From Candidatus Scatocola faecipullorum (GTDB taxonomy: Bacteria; Pseudomonadota; Alphaproteobacteria; RF32; CAG-239): 61,376 nt of DNA. Shown here piece by piece: positions 17,358-26,800 of this stretch. The notes under the pieces are model-generated. The model saw only the letters and a program-made list of their open reading frames with translations, was not told where the DNA came from and searched no databases. Within the stretch, counting starts at the first letter, position 1; each line of letters starts with the position of its first letter. A program made the translations under genes and the position numbers. The stretch is from positions 1 through 61,376 of the forward strand of contig DVNC01000036.1 in assembly GCA_018714685.1 (NCBI GenBank), read 5' to 3'.

Positions 17358-19779
17358 TTTTGACTTTTTTACGATTTTTGTTCAAGGCTTGTCCAGCATT
17401 GAGGTTGCGGTCGCCGTCATCGGCTTTGTTTCCGCGGCCGCTTTTGCCGGATTATGGGCCACCAAATTAGGCCGGATTATTCTGCCTCAGCCGCAGGAAT
17501 CCCGGGTGGCTGACTTTTTGCCCTTTAACAAGCTGATGGCCGACGGCATAACCATCCGCTGCTATAACGGCTCTTTTGCCCGCGTGTTCAAGGTTGAAGG
17601 GGTCGATTTGTCGTTTGTGACGGATGAAAAAAGCCTGTCCATGATGGAGGCGCGCAAATCATGGATTGATTCAATGTCCGACCTGCAGGTGGTCTGCCGG
17701 GTGATTACCCTGCGCGAAAGAATTTCCATGGAAGCCGACAGCGGCGATTTCGGCAACCAGCTGCTGGAGCAGATTTCCATGACCTGGCGCAACAATTTGG
17801 ACCGCGTTTACAGCAACGGCCACTATATCGTCCTTTCCGTGGCTGACCGCCCTGAGGCGCTGAAAGACCTCAACTACGCTTCTCAGGCACTGCTCGCCAC
17901 TTTGAACGATTACGGCGTTAAACCGATGTTTGAAACTGAAGACAGTGCCGCCGCCGACAGCCCGCTGGCAATTTTTTCCAAGATTTGCAGCCCGCTCTCC
18001 AAGCCGATGCCCAAAGTGCGCGGAGCCGAGGGATATCAGCTCAATGAACTGCTGACTGCCGACCATATCCATTTTACCGATGAAAAAGGGCTGATTAAAT
18101 TCTTCTCCGGCGACAAGGAAATGTTTGCCATTGTTATGGGCATTCGCAGTTCGGGTGATTATATGGACGAGGGAATGATTGCCTCGCTGCTCTCGATTGA
18201 CTGCGAACTGACCATGCTTCATAACGTTAAGCCTATTTTCAAACCGCACGCCCGCGCTTTGCTGATGCAGCAGCAGCGCATGGCCGCAGTGACCAGTTTT
18301 TCGCCGGATGTCATCAACCAATACAGTGAAGCCCTGTCTGCCATTGAAGACAGCGACGCCGACTATCAGGCGCTGACCGAATATGCCATGGACATTATTA
18401 TCAAAGGCGAAACCATGGAGGAAATCGAATTCGGCGAAAGCGAAGTGCAGCGTATCTGCCGTCTTTTCAGCGTTACTCCGGTTCGGGAGGGCTGGGTGGC
18501 TCAGGCGGCTTTCTTTAACCAGTTTCCGACTTATGACGCTTATCCGCGCACTTATCGTTATTTGTCGCGGGTTGTTGCCATGGCCATTTCTTTTGACAAA
18601 CCGTCTGAAGGCCTGCCGAAGAGTGACTGGGGTCCGGGAGCCATTTCCATTTTCCGCACCACTTCCGGTTCGGCTTACCGTTTCCAATTCCATGTTTCAA
18701 CCGAAGATTCCGCTGTGGCCCACTGTTGCATTATCGGACCGACCGGACAAGGTAAAACCACTTTGCTGACCTTCCTTGCCGGACAGGCGATGCGCCACCA
18801 TGACCTGAAAGTTTTCTTCTTTGACCGTCACCGCGGTGCGGAAATCTTTACCCGTGCGGTTCAAGGGGCTTATGTCGGTTTTGACGGCGATGAAAAAAAC
18901 GTCTCTCTTAACCCGTTTGACTGCCGCAACACGCCGAACAACCGCGCCTTTCTCCGCCGCTGGCTGAAGGCGATTACCATGGTTGACGATGCCCTGTCCG
19001 AAAAGGAAATCGGCCGCGCGGTGACCACGGCGTTTGACTATCTGAAACCCGAGGAACGGATTTTGAAAAACCTTTACAAAAGCTGTTTTTCGCCGACCGG
19101 CAATATGCGCCGCGAGCTCTTCCGCTGGATTAATCCTGACCAGTACGGCAACATTTTCAATGCCGAAAACGACAGCCTGGACTTGGCCAGCAAACGCTTT
19201 ATGGCTTTTGACTTTACCCATATTTTTGAAGACGAAACGCTGGCTCCGGCCGTCATCAGCTACATCATGCACCGTATTATGGCCGAAACCGGCGATACCG
19301 GCGTACCCTCGCTGATTATGATTGATGAAACCGCGCCGATGTTAAAACACCCGATGTTCCGCGATTACTTTATCATCGGTCTGCAGGAAGGACGTAAAAA
19401 ACGTCAGGCTTACCTCTGCGCCTTCCAACAGCCGAACATCATTGACAAACTCGGTGTCGGCGAGGTTATTCGCGGTCAGTGTCAAACCGTCATCTTTTTC
19501 CGTAATCCGCAGGCCATGCCGGAAGACTATGCCAACTGGAACCTGACCCAGCGTGAAATCGACTTTATTTTCGGCAAAAGCTACCGCGATTTTCCTTATG
19601 CGATTTTGCTTTCCCGCCCGGCAACCGGTGAATCTGTTATTCTGGACGTCGATTTAAGCGGTCTCGGGCCGTATCTGAAACTGTACAATTCCGGCCGTAA
19701 GAACGTTCTGCTGGTTGAAGAACTGATTAAGGAATACGGCGAAGCGAACTTTGTTACAAAATATTTAAATATTGGCTGA
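17347..19779 (+). CDS. virB4: VirB4 ATPase
   Basis: 810 aa (TTG start). YRFQFHV...HCCIIGPTGQGKTTL, FFFDRHRGAEIF, LNPF, AFDFT, IMIDE, GRKK...AFQQP, QCQTVIFFRNP. Confidence 0.93.
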   Translation: MRPDFDFFTIFVQGLSSIEVAVAVIGFVSAAAFAGLWATKLGRIILPQPQESRVADFLPFNKLMADGITIRCYNGSFARVFKVEGVDLSFVTDEKSLSMMEARKSWIDSMSDLQVVCRVITLRERISMEADSGDFGNQLLEQISMTWRNNLDRVYSNGHYIVLSVADRPEALKDLNYASQALLATLNDYGVKPMFETEDSAAADSPLAIFSKICSPLSKPMPKVRGAEGYQLNELLTADHIHFTDEKGLIKFFSGDKEMFAIVMGIRSSGDYMDEGMIASLLSIDCELTMLHNVKPIFKPHARALLMQQQRMAAVTSFSPDVINQYSEALSAIEDSDADYQALTEYAMDIIIKGETMEEIEFGESEVQRICRLFSVTPVREGWVAQAAFFNQFPTYDAYPRTYRYLSRVVAMAISFDKPSEGLPKSDWGPGAISIFRTTSGSAYRFQFHVSTEDSAVAHCCIIGPTGQGKTTLLTFLAGQAMRHHDLKVFFFDRHRGAEIFTRAVQGAYVGFDGDEKNVSLNPFDCRNTPNNRAFLRRWLKAITMVDDALSEKEIGRAVTTAFDYLKPEERILKNLYKSCFSPTGNMRRELFRWINPDQYGNIFNAENDSLDLASKRFMAFDFTHIFEDETLAPAVISYIMHRIMAETGDTGVPSLIMIDETAPMLKHPMFRDYFIIGLQEGRKKRQAYLCAFQQPNIIDKLGVGEVIRGQCQTVIFFRNPQAMPEDYANWNLTQREIDFIFGKSYRDFPYAILLSRPATGESVILDVDLSGLGPYLKLYNSGRKNVLLVEELIKEYGEANFVTKYLNIG

Positions 19780-19858
19780 TATGCATATTAGGCGTTTATA
19801 AATGGCGCAAATTTTGGTATTATTAAAATATACGGTTACTTGGCGTATGGAGGTTGCA

Positions 19859-21802
19859 ATGAGTATTTTAAAACATCAAAAACTGATAACCCTGTTCGGG
19901 TTGTCATTGCTCATGTCTCTGTCCTCTCCGGCACAGGCGCAATGGCCTACGCTGGATTTGACTGCAATTAAAGAGGGAATTTCCTCCAAAATCGAACTGG
20001 TCAAACAGTCCAAAATCGTAACCGAAGCCACCAAACTGGGTGGCAAAATGAACAGTGCCATCGGCGATGCCAAATCCTCCGTAACCAAATTTGCCGGTGA
20101 CAACCTCGAAAAAGCCAAGAAAAAAGCCGAAAAACTCCAGAAAGAAAAAGAACGCCTGGAAGAAAAGAAGAAAAAATTAGAAGAGAAAAAAGAAAAACTC
20201 GAAAAACAGAAAAAGAAAATTGAAAAAGCCAAAAAGGCCATGGAAGAAGCCAAAAAACTGAAAGAAGACGCCGAAAAGAAAATTCAGGAAGGCAAAGACA
20301 TGGTCAACGACGTCAAATCTCAGGTTGACGAGGCCAAACAAATGGCTGCCGACGCTCAGGCTGCGGTAAACGATGCCAAAGCAACCGCACAGGGAGCAAT
20401 TGCCGATGCCAAGTCAACGGTCGGTGAAGTAAAATCAACCGTCAACGACGCCAAATCGACAGTCGGCGATGCCGTCGGAACCGTTCGTGAAGAAAAGAAC
20501 GAACTCCAGTCGGCCATTGGCGGACAATCCGGCAGTGCCGCCGCCGACAGCAGTTTTGTCGATGACTATGTTGCACAATATGAAGCCGGAATCAATTCTG
20601 ACGCAAAGATTTATGAACAGATGCCGGCTGCAGATTCTGAAGTCGTGTCTGAAACGCTTCCTGCCGCCGGCGATGTTGCCGCTGAACCGGCAGATGAAGC
20701 CGAAACAGCTCTTGCGCCTGCTGCCGGAGACATGTCGGCTGTGGTTGCCCCGGAAGATATGTCGGCGCAGCAGCCTGTTGCCGCGGTTGCCGGCGCAGCT
20801 CAGACGGTCACCGGCGGAAAACAACTCAATCGCCGTCCGTTCGGCCGCAAAGATATGACAGCCGGAACTGCCGCTGTCCAATCGTCGGCCGTTTCAACCG
20901 TAACCGGTACCCTTCAGACAGCTCCGGCTGCGGTTTCCTCAGCAGCAACCGGTCAAGCCGCAACTCCAGCAACATCGGCAGCAACGCCGTCAGCCGCTGT
21001 TGAAACCGCTCCTGCCGCGGTTAAAACCCAGGCCGTCGGCCGCAGCATTCGCACCCGCGCTTCAGCAGCCCCGTCCGCAGTTTCCGCAGCAGCAACCGGT
21101 CAGGCTGCAACTTCGGCAACATCGGCAGCAACGCCGTCAGCCGCCGTTGAAGCCGCTCCTGCCGCGGTTAAAACCCAACCGGCCAGACGCAGTTTCCGCC
21201 AGCGCGCAACGATAAAAAAAGACAATCAGGCTTCGCTCTTTGAGCTGAAACAATCCGTCAATCTGGCTGCCGGCAGCTATTCCGAAACCCTGATGTTCGG
21301 TGCGGAAGACAGCGGGGAAAGCATTCCCGACGGTGTAATTCATAACGGCGAATATGAAGAGACGATTATTCCAGACACGATTGTTGACTATTGCAACATC
21401 GGGGTTAATCAGCTGCAGGATACTTCGGTTATGCAGAACTGCCTGAAACAGTTGATTACCCACCAGTCTGACAGTGACAATCAGGTTGCGGAGGAAGGCA
21501 AAGCGCTATTCACCAAAGCTACGGCGGAAATTGCCATAGCAACGGTAGCCGAAAGCATGCAGCAAAAGGTTATTGCCGCCAAATATCAGGAACAGGTACA
21601 GGACAAACGGGAAGAAACATTGGCCAGCGCTTCAACGTCGCGTGATGACTCCGGCGGCTTGGCCATGACCAACAGCGGCGAGCAAACGCTGCTTAACGCC
21701 TTAAGCGCAATGGCTGCGGCTCAGTTAAGCATTGACGCGTTCAATCAGGTCGGCGGTTTCACCAAGGAAGACCTCGGTGAAACAGAGGGAGAAGATGAAT
21801 GA
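19859..21802 (+). CDS. Secreted VirB5/TrbJ-like protein with a Lys-rich coiled coil and Ala/Thr repeats
   Basis: Start MSILK at 19859 (GGAGG RBS). AQA|QWPTLDLTAI resembles VirB5/TrbJ N-termini. Located immediately after virB4. Confidence 0.55.
   Translation: MSILKHQKLITLFGLSLLMSLSSPAQAQWPTLDLTAIKEGISSKIELVKQSKIVTEATKLGGKMNSAIGDAKSSVTKFAGDNLEKAKKKAEKLQKEKERLEEKKKKLEEKKEKLEKQKKKIEKAKKAMEEAKKLKEDAEKKIQEGKDMVNDVKSQVDEAKQMAADAQAAVNDAKATAQGAIADAKSTVGEVKSTVNDAKSTVGDAVGTVREEKNELQSAIGGQSGSAAADSSFVDDYVAQYEAGINSDAKIYEQMPAADSEVVSETLPAAGDVAAEPADEAETALAPAAGDMSAVVAPEDMSAQQPVAAVAGAAQTVTGGKQLNRRPFGRKDMTAGTAAVQSSAVSTVTGTLQTAPAAVSSAATGQAATPATSAATPSAAVETAPAAVKTQAVGRSIRTRASAAPSAVSAAATGQAATSATSAATPSAAVEAAPAAVKTQPARRSFRQRATIKKDNQASLFELKQSVNLAAGSYSETLMFGAEDSGESIPDGVIHNGEYEETIIPDTIVDYCNIGVNQLQDTSVMQNCLKQLITHQSDSDNQVAEEGKALFTKATAEIAIATVAESMQQKVIAAKYQEQVQDKREETLASASTSRDDSGGLAMTNSGEQTLLNALSAMAAAQLSIDAFNQVGGFTKEDLGETEGEDE
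20921..21208 (+). repeat. Intragenic tandem duplication, 2 x 147 bp (49 aa)
   Basis: APAAVSSAATGQAATPATSAATPSAAVETAPAAVKTQ at 20921 and APSAVSAAATGQAATSATSAATPSAAVEAAPAAVKTQ at 21068. Confidence 0.9.
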
Positions 21803-22560
21803 TAAAGCGCTTCGTCACATATTGGGCTTTGCCGCTGGCGATGTTGGGCTTTTCCTCCGTCGCCCGGGCGGACATTGAGGCTCCGCAGACAGTAATAGGT
21901 ACGGTTAAAACCGGTATTAAGGAGGCCGAAAGCATTCAGCACGACCTGAATGAAATTCAGGCGGATCTGCGTTCTGCGGCTGAAGGCGTTGCCGGGCCGA
22001 TAAAAGATGCCGCTAAAACGGTAAATGACGTTAAAAACGAAGCTCAAAGCAATATTCAGGCCGTTAAGGACAAAGCAGATGCCGCCAAAAATATTGCCAG
22101 CGACCCCGAAGGCGCTTTAAATACGATGGGCGGCAAGCTGCCCGGTTTTATGACCACGGTTGATACCAATGATTCCGGAGAACTTCGGGATGCGGTCAAA
22201 ACCAACTATTTTACCCAGCGGCCGAAGAGTTCGGTTTCTGCCGACGGACAGGCCGAAGCGGTCAATTCCGTTGAAGTGACCAAGGAACAGGATGAAAAAA
22301 TGGCGGCCGTTCAGCGTGAAAACTTTGCCAACCTTTATGCGCAGGCTTTTACAATCCGCACCAATCTTGCCAAAGAAAAGTCGGAAGACAAAGAGCATAA
22401 GGACAGTCGGGAAATTCTCCAAAACACTAAGGAAATCGCGCTCAGAATGGAAGAACGTTGGCGCCGGATCATGATTATTAACGCTGCCCTGTTTGAGTTC
22501 AAAACCACGCAAAGCAGCCGCCAGTTCTCTTTTGTGCCGGAGGAGGATGAAGATGAATAA
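21799..22560 (+). CDS. Secreted helical protein (VirB5-position paralog 2)
   Basis: 253 aa, signal peptide ending ARA, helical content, translationally coupled (ATGA overlap). Confidence 0.6.
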   Translation: MIKRFVTYWALPLAMLGFSSVARADIEAPQTVIGTVKTGIKEAESIQHDLNEIQADLRSAAEGVAGPIKDAAKTVNDVKNEAQSNIQAVKDKADAAKNIASDPEGALNTMGGKLPGFMTTVDTNDSGELRDAVKTNYFTQRPKSSVSADGQAEAVNSVEVTKEQDEKMAAVQRENFANLYAQAFTIRTNLAKEKSEDKEHKDSREILQNTKEIALRMEERWRRIMIINAALFEFKTTQSSRQFSFVPEEDEDE

Positions 22561-23884
22561 GCTCGGACACATACTGCCTTTGGCTTTGTTTTTTGCCGTT
22601 GCGGGAGGGGAGGCTTCTGCCACCATTAAATTTGACGTCAGCCACACCGCCAATAAAGCGCAGGAAACCGTCAGTGAATGGGCCAAGCAGGCACAAACGG
22701 CATTTGAAGAATCTACCACCATTCAGACCATGATCGCCTATGGCAAAGGCGTGGCCGAAATGGCCAAATGGGTTAAAGAACAAAAGGCGCTGGTTGACCA
22801 GACCATCAGCGACACTGTCGGAGCCGTCAATTCCGTTAAAGATACGGCAACTTCAACCGTCTCTGACATTCAGGGCGAAGTAACCGGAACCGTCGGCGAT
22901 GTAACGGGAGCCGCTGGCGAAAGCGTTGCCGGTGTGGCCGGAGGTGCTGCCGGGGCGGTCTCTGCGGCGGCATCCAAAACCCAGTCGGCGCAAGAGCTTT
23001 TGCAGCTGAAAAATGAGCGTTCGTCGCTTGAATCCGAATATGAAGCCGCCGCCGCGGCCCGCAAAACCGAATTTGAGGGGCAGATAAAATCTTATCAGGA
23101 CAACAATGCGGCCTATCAGCAGATGATTGCCGAGGATCCTTCCCGTAAAGAAGAACTGGAAACCAAAATTATCTCTAATAATGAGACTATTCGCTTTCTG
23201 CAGGAACAGTTTGATAAACGCGAAGCGGAAGAAAAGGCCAAAAGCGATGCTTTGATTGCCGAAGTTGACGCCAAAATCCAAAATCTCCGCGATGTTGCCG
23301 CGGCTGACAGCATGGGGCTGGCAACCGAAGCGGCCGGAGCTTTCAAATCTTTGTTCGGCAACAAGCAGTCTGCCGCCGAACTGAATAAAACGATTGCCAA
23401 TAACTTTATTCCCGAAAACGAGGACATTACTTCCGCCAGTATCAAAAAGGTAAGAAAATACCGTAACAAAACCGCGGCAAACGATGTGCTGACCGCCTAT
23501 GCAACGGCGTTGCAGGTCAGAATTAACCGTTATGAAAAAAATGAAGATGCGCAGGAGACGGCAGACAGCGCAACCATGATGGACGGCGCCACGGCCGCAA
23601 TTGCCATGGACACCCAGCTTAAAGTCAAAAATATGGAAACTTTGCTGGTCTATACCCAGATGCTGATTGCAGATATGAAAATGCGCAGCGCGATGGATTT
23701 GGCTAAACTGACGGTTTATAAACTGCGAGACCCGAGCAAAGACGTTACCCAGTTTAATCTGGACGATTATAAATATAAAAAGCCGAGCAAAATAAATAAA
23801 GAAAACATTCTGAATTTGGCCAAAGAAGCCGGTTCAGCCGCTAAGGATCTTAACAGCAGCGGTGTGACGGGGCTGTTAAAGTAG
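22553..23884 (+). CDS. Secreted coiled-coil protein (VirB5-position paralog 3)
   Basis: Start MNKLG at 22553 after GGAGGAGG, signal peptide ending ASA, long coiled coil. Confidence 0.6.
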   Translation: MNKLGHILPLALFFAVAGGEASATIKFDVSHTANKAQETVSEWAKQAQTAFEESTTIQTMIAYGKGVAEMAKWVKEQKALVDQTISDTVGAVNSVKDTATSTVSDIQGEVTGTVGDVTGAAGESVAGVAGGAAGAVSAAASKTQSAQELLQLKNERSSLESEYEAAAAARKTEFEGQIKSYQDNNAAYQQMIAEDPSRKEELETKIISNNETIRFLQEQFDKREAEEKAKSDALIAEVDAKIQNLRDVAAADSMGLATEAAGAFKSLFGNKQSAAELNKTIANNFIPENEDITSASIKKVRKYRNKTAANDVLTAYATALQVRINRYEKNEDAQETADSATMMDGATAAIAMDTQLKVKNMETLLVYTQMLIADMKMRSAMDLAKLTVYKLRDPSKDVTQFNLDDYKYKKPSKINKENILNLAKEAGSAAKDLNSSGVTGLLK

Positions 23885-23893
23885 GAGGAAACA

Positions 23894-26800
23894 ATGATTA
23901 AATTGACTAAAATTGCGGCGCTTTCTTCCTCTCTGGTTATATTTTCCGGCTTGACGGCTCATGCATTCCTGCTCCCGCCGGGACCGGTAACGCCGACGGT
24001 CGATGCTCCGACGGACGTTACTTTCAGTCTTGAAAATGTCGGAGCGACGGCTCAGATGTATGCCGCTCAGGCTCAGACTTATGCCAATAATATGACCAAA
24101 GCCGCCAAGTCGGCCAAAAAGAAATATATGGACAAGTTTACCGGCTTTATGGGCGGACTGTTCAAGAAAAAGGAAAAGCAGGCTATTCCCGGCTCCAAGA
24201 CGATTCAGGAATCCAAAATCGCCGATATTTATGATGCTGAATCGGTGAAAAAGGCTTTATATACGCTGTTCCTGGCTTATCCTGTCGATTGCGAAAAAGA
24301 TGCCGACAGCTTTGCCGCCTGTGTGGCTTATAAGGAAAAAGCCGAAGAATTTTATCAGGATACGGTTATTGAAATTTATACTTCGGTGCGCCTGCTTGAG
24401 CAGGAAATGCCTAATTTGGCGGTTCAGGTTGAATCGCTGAGCGCTACGTTCAGCGGTGGCGGCGGTGACGGTGCCGAAAGCGGCGATGACGAGAACGGTG
24501 CCCGCAAAAACGCCTTTAATGCTTACGAAACCATGGACAGCATTCTTAAAATTACGCAGGAAGTAACGGCGATGAAAGCCCAGTACGAAGCGGCGCTGAT
24601 GCTTCGTGAACAGGTAAAACCTGCGCCCTATGTCTCCAAAAAGGAGCGTAAAGCTAAAGAAAAAGCAGCCAAAGAGGCCGCTAAAACCTCGTCTTTGTGG
24701 CGTGATGAACCGATAAAAACGGCTTCTCTCGGCGTAGTCTCAACCAGTGAAACGCTGGCTTTCGGCCAATTGGGAATGATAACGCAGGCTGATTTCAAAT
24801 TAAAAACCGAAAATGAAGCGGCGGCAGCCGATGTTGAAGAGGAGGATGATGACGAAGAATATGTTTATGATCCTTCCTTATACGGCACTGTCAGTTTTGA
24901 AGATGCTTCCGAACCACTGATTGCCTCGCCTTTTGCCGGGAATGAGGAAAAAGTTCTTGAACTTGATAAAATTGCCCCGCTTTACGAAAAAGCGCAGGAT
25001 GCACTGGACGTTCATAATCTGCTTCAGGCACTCGACAGCTATCGCGGAATATTTGAAAACTATGAGCAATATAAACAGCTGCATCAGAAGGCTCTGGATG
25101 CCGTTGCCGCTGCTGACCAATGTTCAATTCAATACCTGAAACGCTATTATCCCGACCCTGAACAGGTTTGGAAAGGCAGCATTGCCGATGCGGCGATAAA
25201 TGACTATGATGCCCGCCGGGGAATTTCCGGCTGGGCCGTTAAGGCTTTTGAAGTTGCCAAGTCGGAGGAATCGCTGCCGATTGACACCGACGAGCTGGGA
25301 ACAATTGATATTAACTCCGATATTGATATTGACGACGTCAACAGCATGGAAACCATTAAAGCCGATCTGGAAAAGCAGGATATGGCCAGTTTGGCAAATC
25401 CGGAACAGACGGCTGCCGCTGAAAGGGCCACCCGTGAATCGCAGATGATTTCCTTTAACATCGGTGCCGAAGCGGCGCAGCTTTTGGCGCAGGATCAATA
25501 TGAAGCATCGCCGCAATGGGGAATGCCGAACACGAAGTTTCCCGTCTGGAATGACCAGATTAATTTCTATACTCAGTATCTTGACGGCAAGTATGAGAAT
25601 GTCAAAGATTATCTGCATCAGCTTGACGTCAGCAGCGTTATCGTCGATATTGCCTATCCTTTAAACGATTTGCTTGTTGACGATGAGGAAGAGCGTGCCA
25701 ATAACCGCGCCGGACTTGATAAACTGGCCGGAATGTTAAAGAGTGAAGAACAAAGTTCGGATCCGGCTTCGGTGATGAAAGATCTGGAAAGCAGCCGCGA
25801 TAAATTGCTGCAACAGGCGCAGCAAAGCAAAGCCGCTAAGATGCAGCCGCTGGAAAGCCGCCGGAAAACGCTGGAAACGCAAATGGAACGGGCCTCGACG
25901 TTGCTGTCCGACTACAGTGAACAGCTGAACAGTGCCCGACAGAATAAACTGACTGCCGATACCGGTGTCGAAGTCAAGGAAAGTTTGATTGTCGATTTGG
26001 AAGAACGCCGCGGCGATGATGAAGACAATATGCTGCGCAAAACCGATATTGACTATAATGAAGAAACTTACGAGGTTTCGCCGGAAAAAACGGAAAAGGT
26101 CTATTCCGTTAAAAGAAATGCGACAACGGAGAAAAAAGCCCTGTTTGATACCGATAAAGCCGTTGCCGACTATCAAGACGAAATAAAACAACTGAAATAT
26201 CGGGCGGAACAGCAAAGCGCCGCCGAAGCGGAAGCCGCTTCCCGCCAGAAGCTGATGCCGGTTGAAACCAACAGCAATAACGACGGCTCAGTCAGCCTCT
26301 ATCCTGAAAACGGCGCCGCCGCACTGCCGACGGTAGGCACCGGCAGCGGACAGAAAAAAACGCTTTTCCGTCGTCCGTTCAGTGATAATTCGGCTTACCA
26401 GCCCGTCAAATACAGTTTATCGCAGACGCTGTATTTTGGTGCCCAGTATCCTAATTCGGGGCGCCGTCAGGCCTTCACCGTTAACGCAAACGCTTCTGAG
26501 CCGATAGATTTTCAGGCTGAAAAAGCCAAGCTTGACCGCAAATTGGATGAACAAACCTCGCAAATGACCGAAACAACGACCTATGAAGAAGAAACCGTTG
26601 TTGAAGAAAAGACAACCGAAGCTGAAACCGGAACCTATACCACGGGAGAAATATCGGAAACCATGGAGGTTAATGCGGAAGATACCGAAGATATGGCTCT
26701 GGCAAAGGTACAGCGTGCTGAAAATGAAGAAAAAGCCGCCGCCAGCGAAAAAACCGCAGCTTCGCTTAAAACCCAGGTTGAGCAGAAGCAAAAAGAAATT

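Noticed and set aside
17671-19272. 340-aa and 191-aa ORFs antisense to virB4
   Set aside because: Shadow ORFs of a clear ATPase gene.
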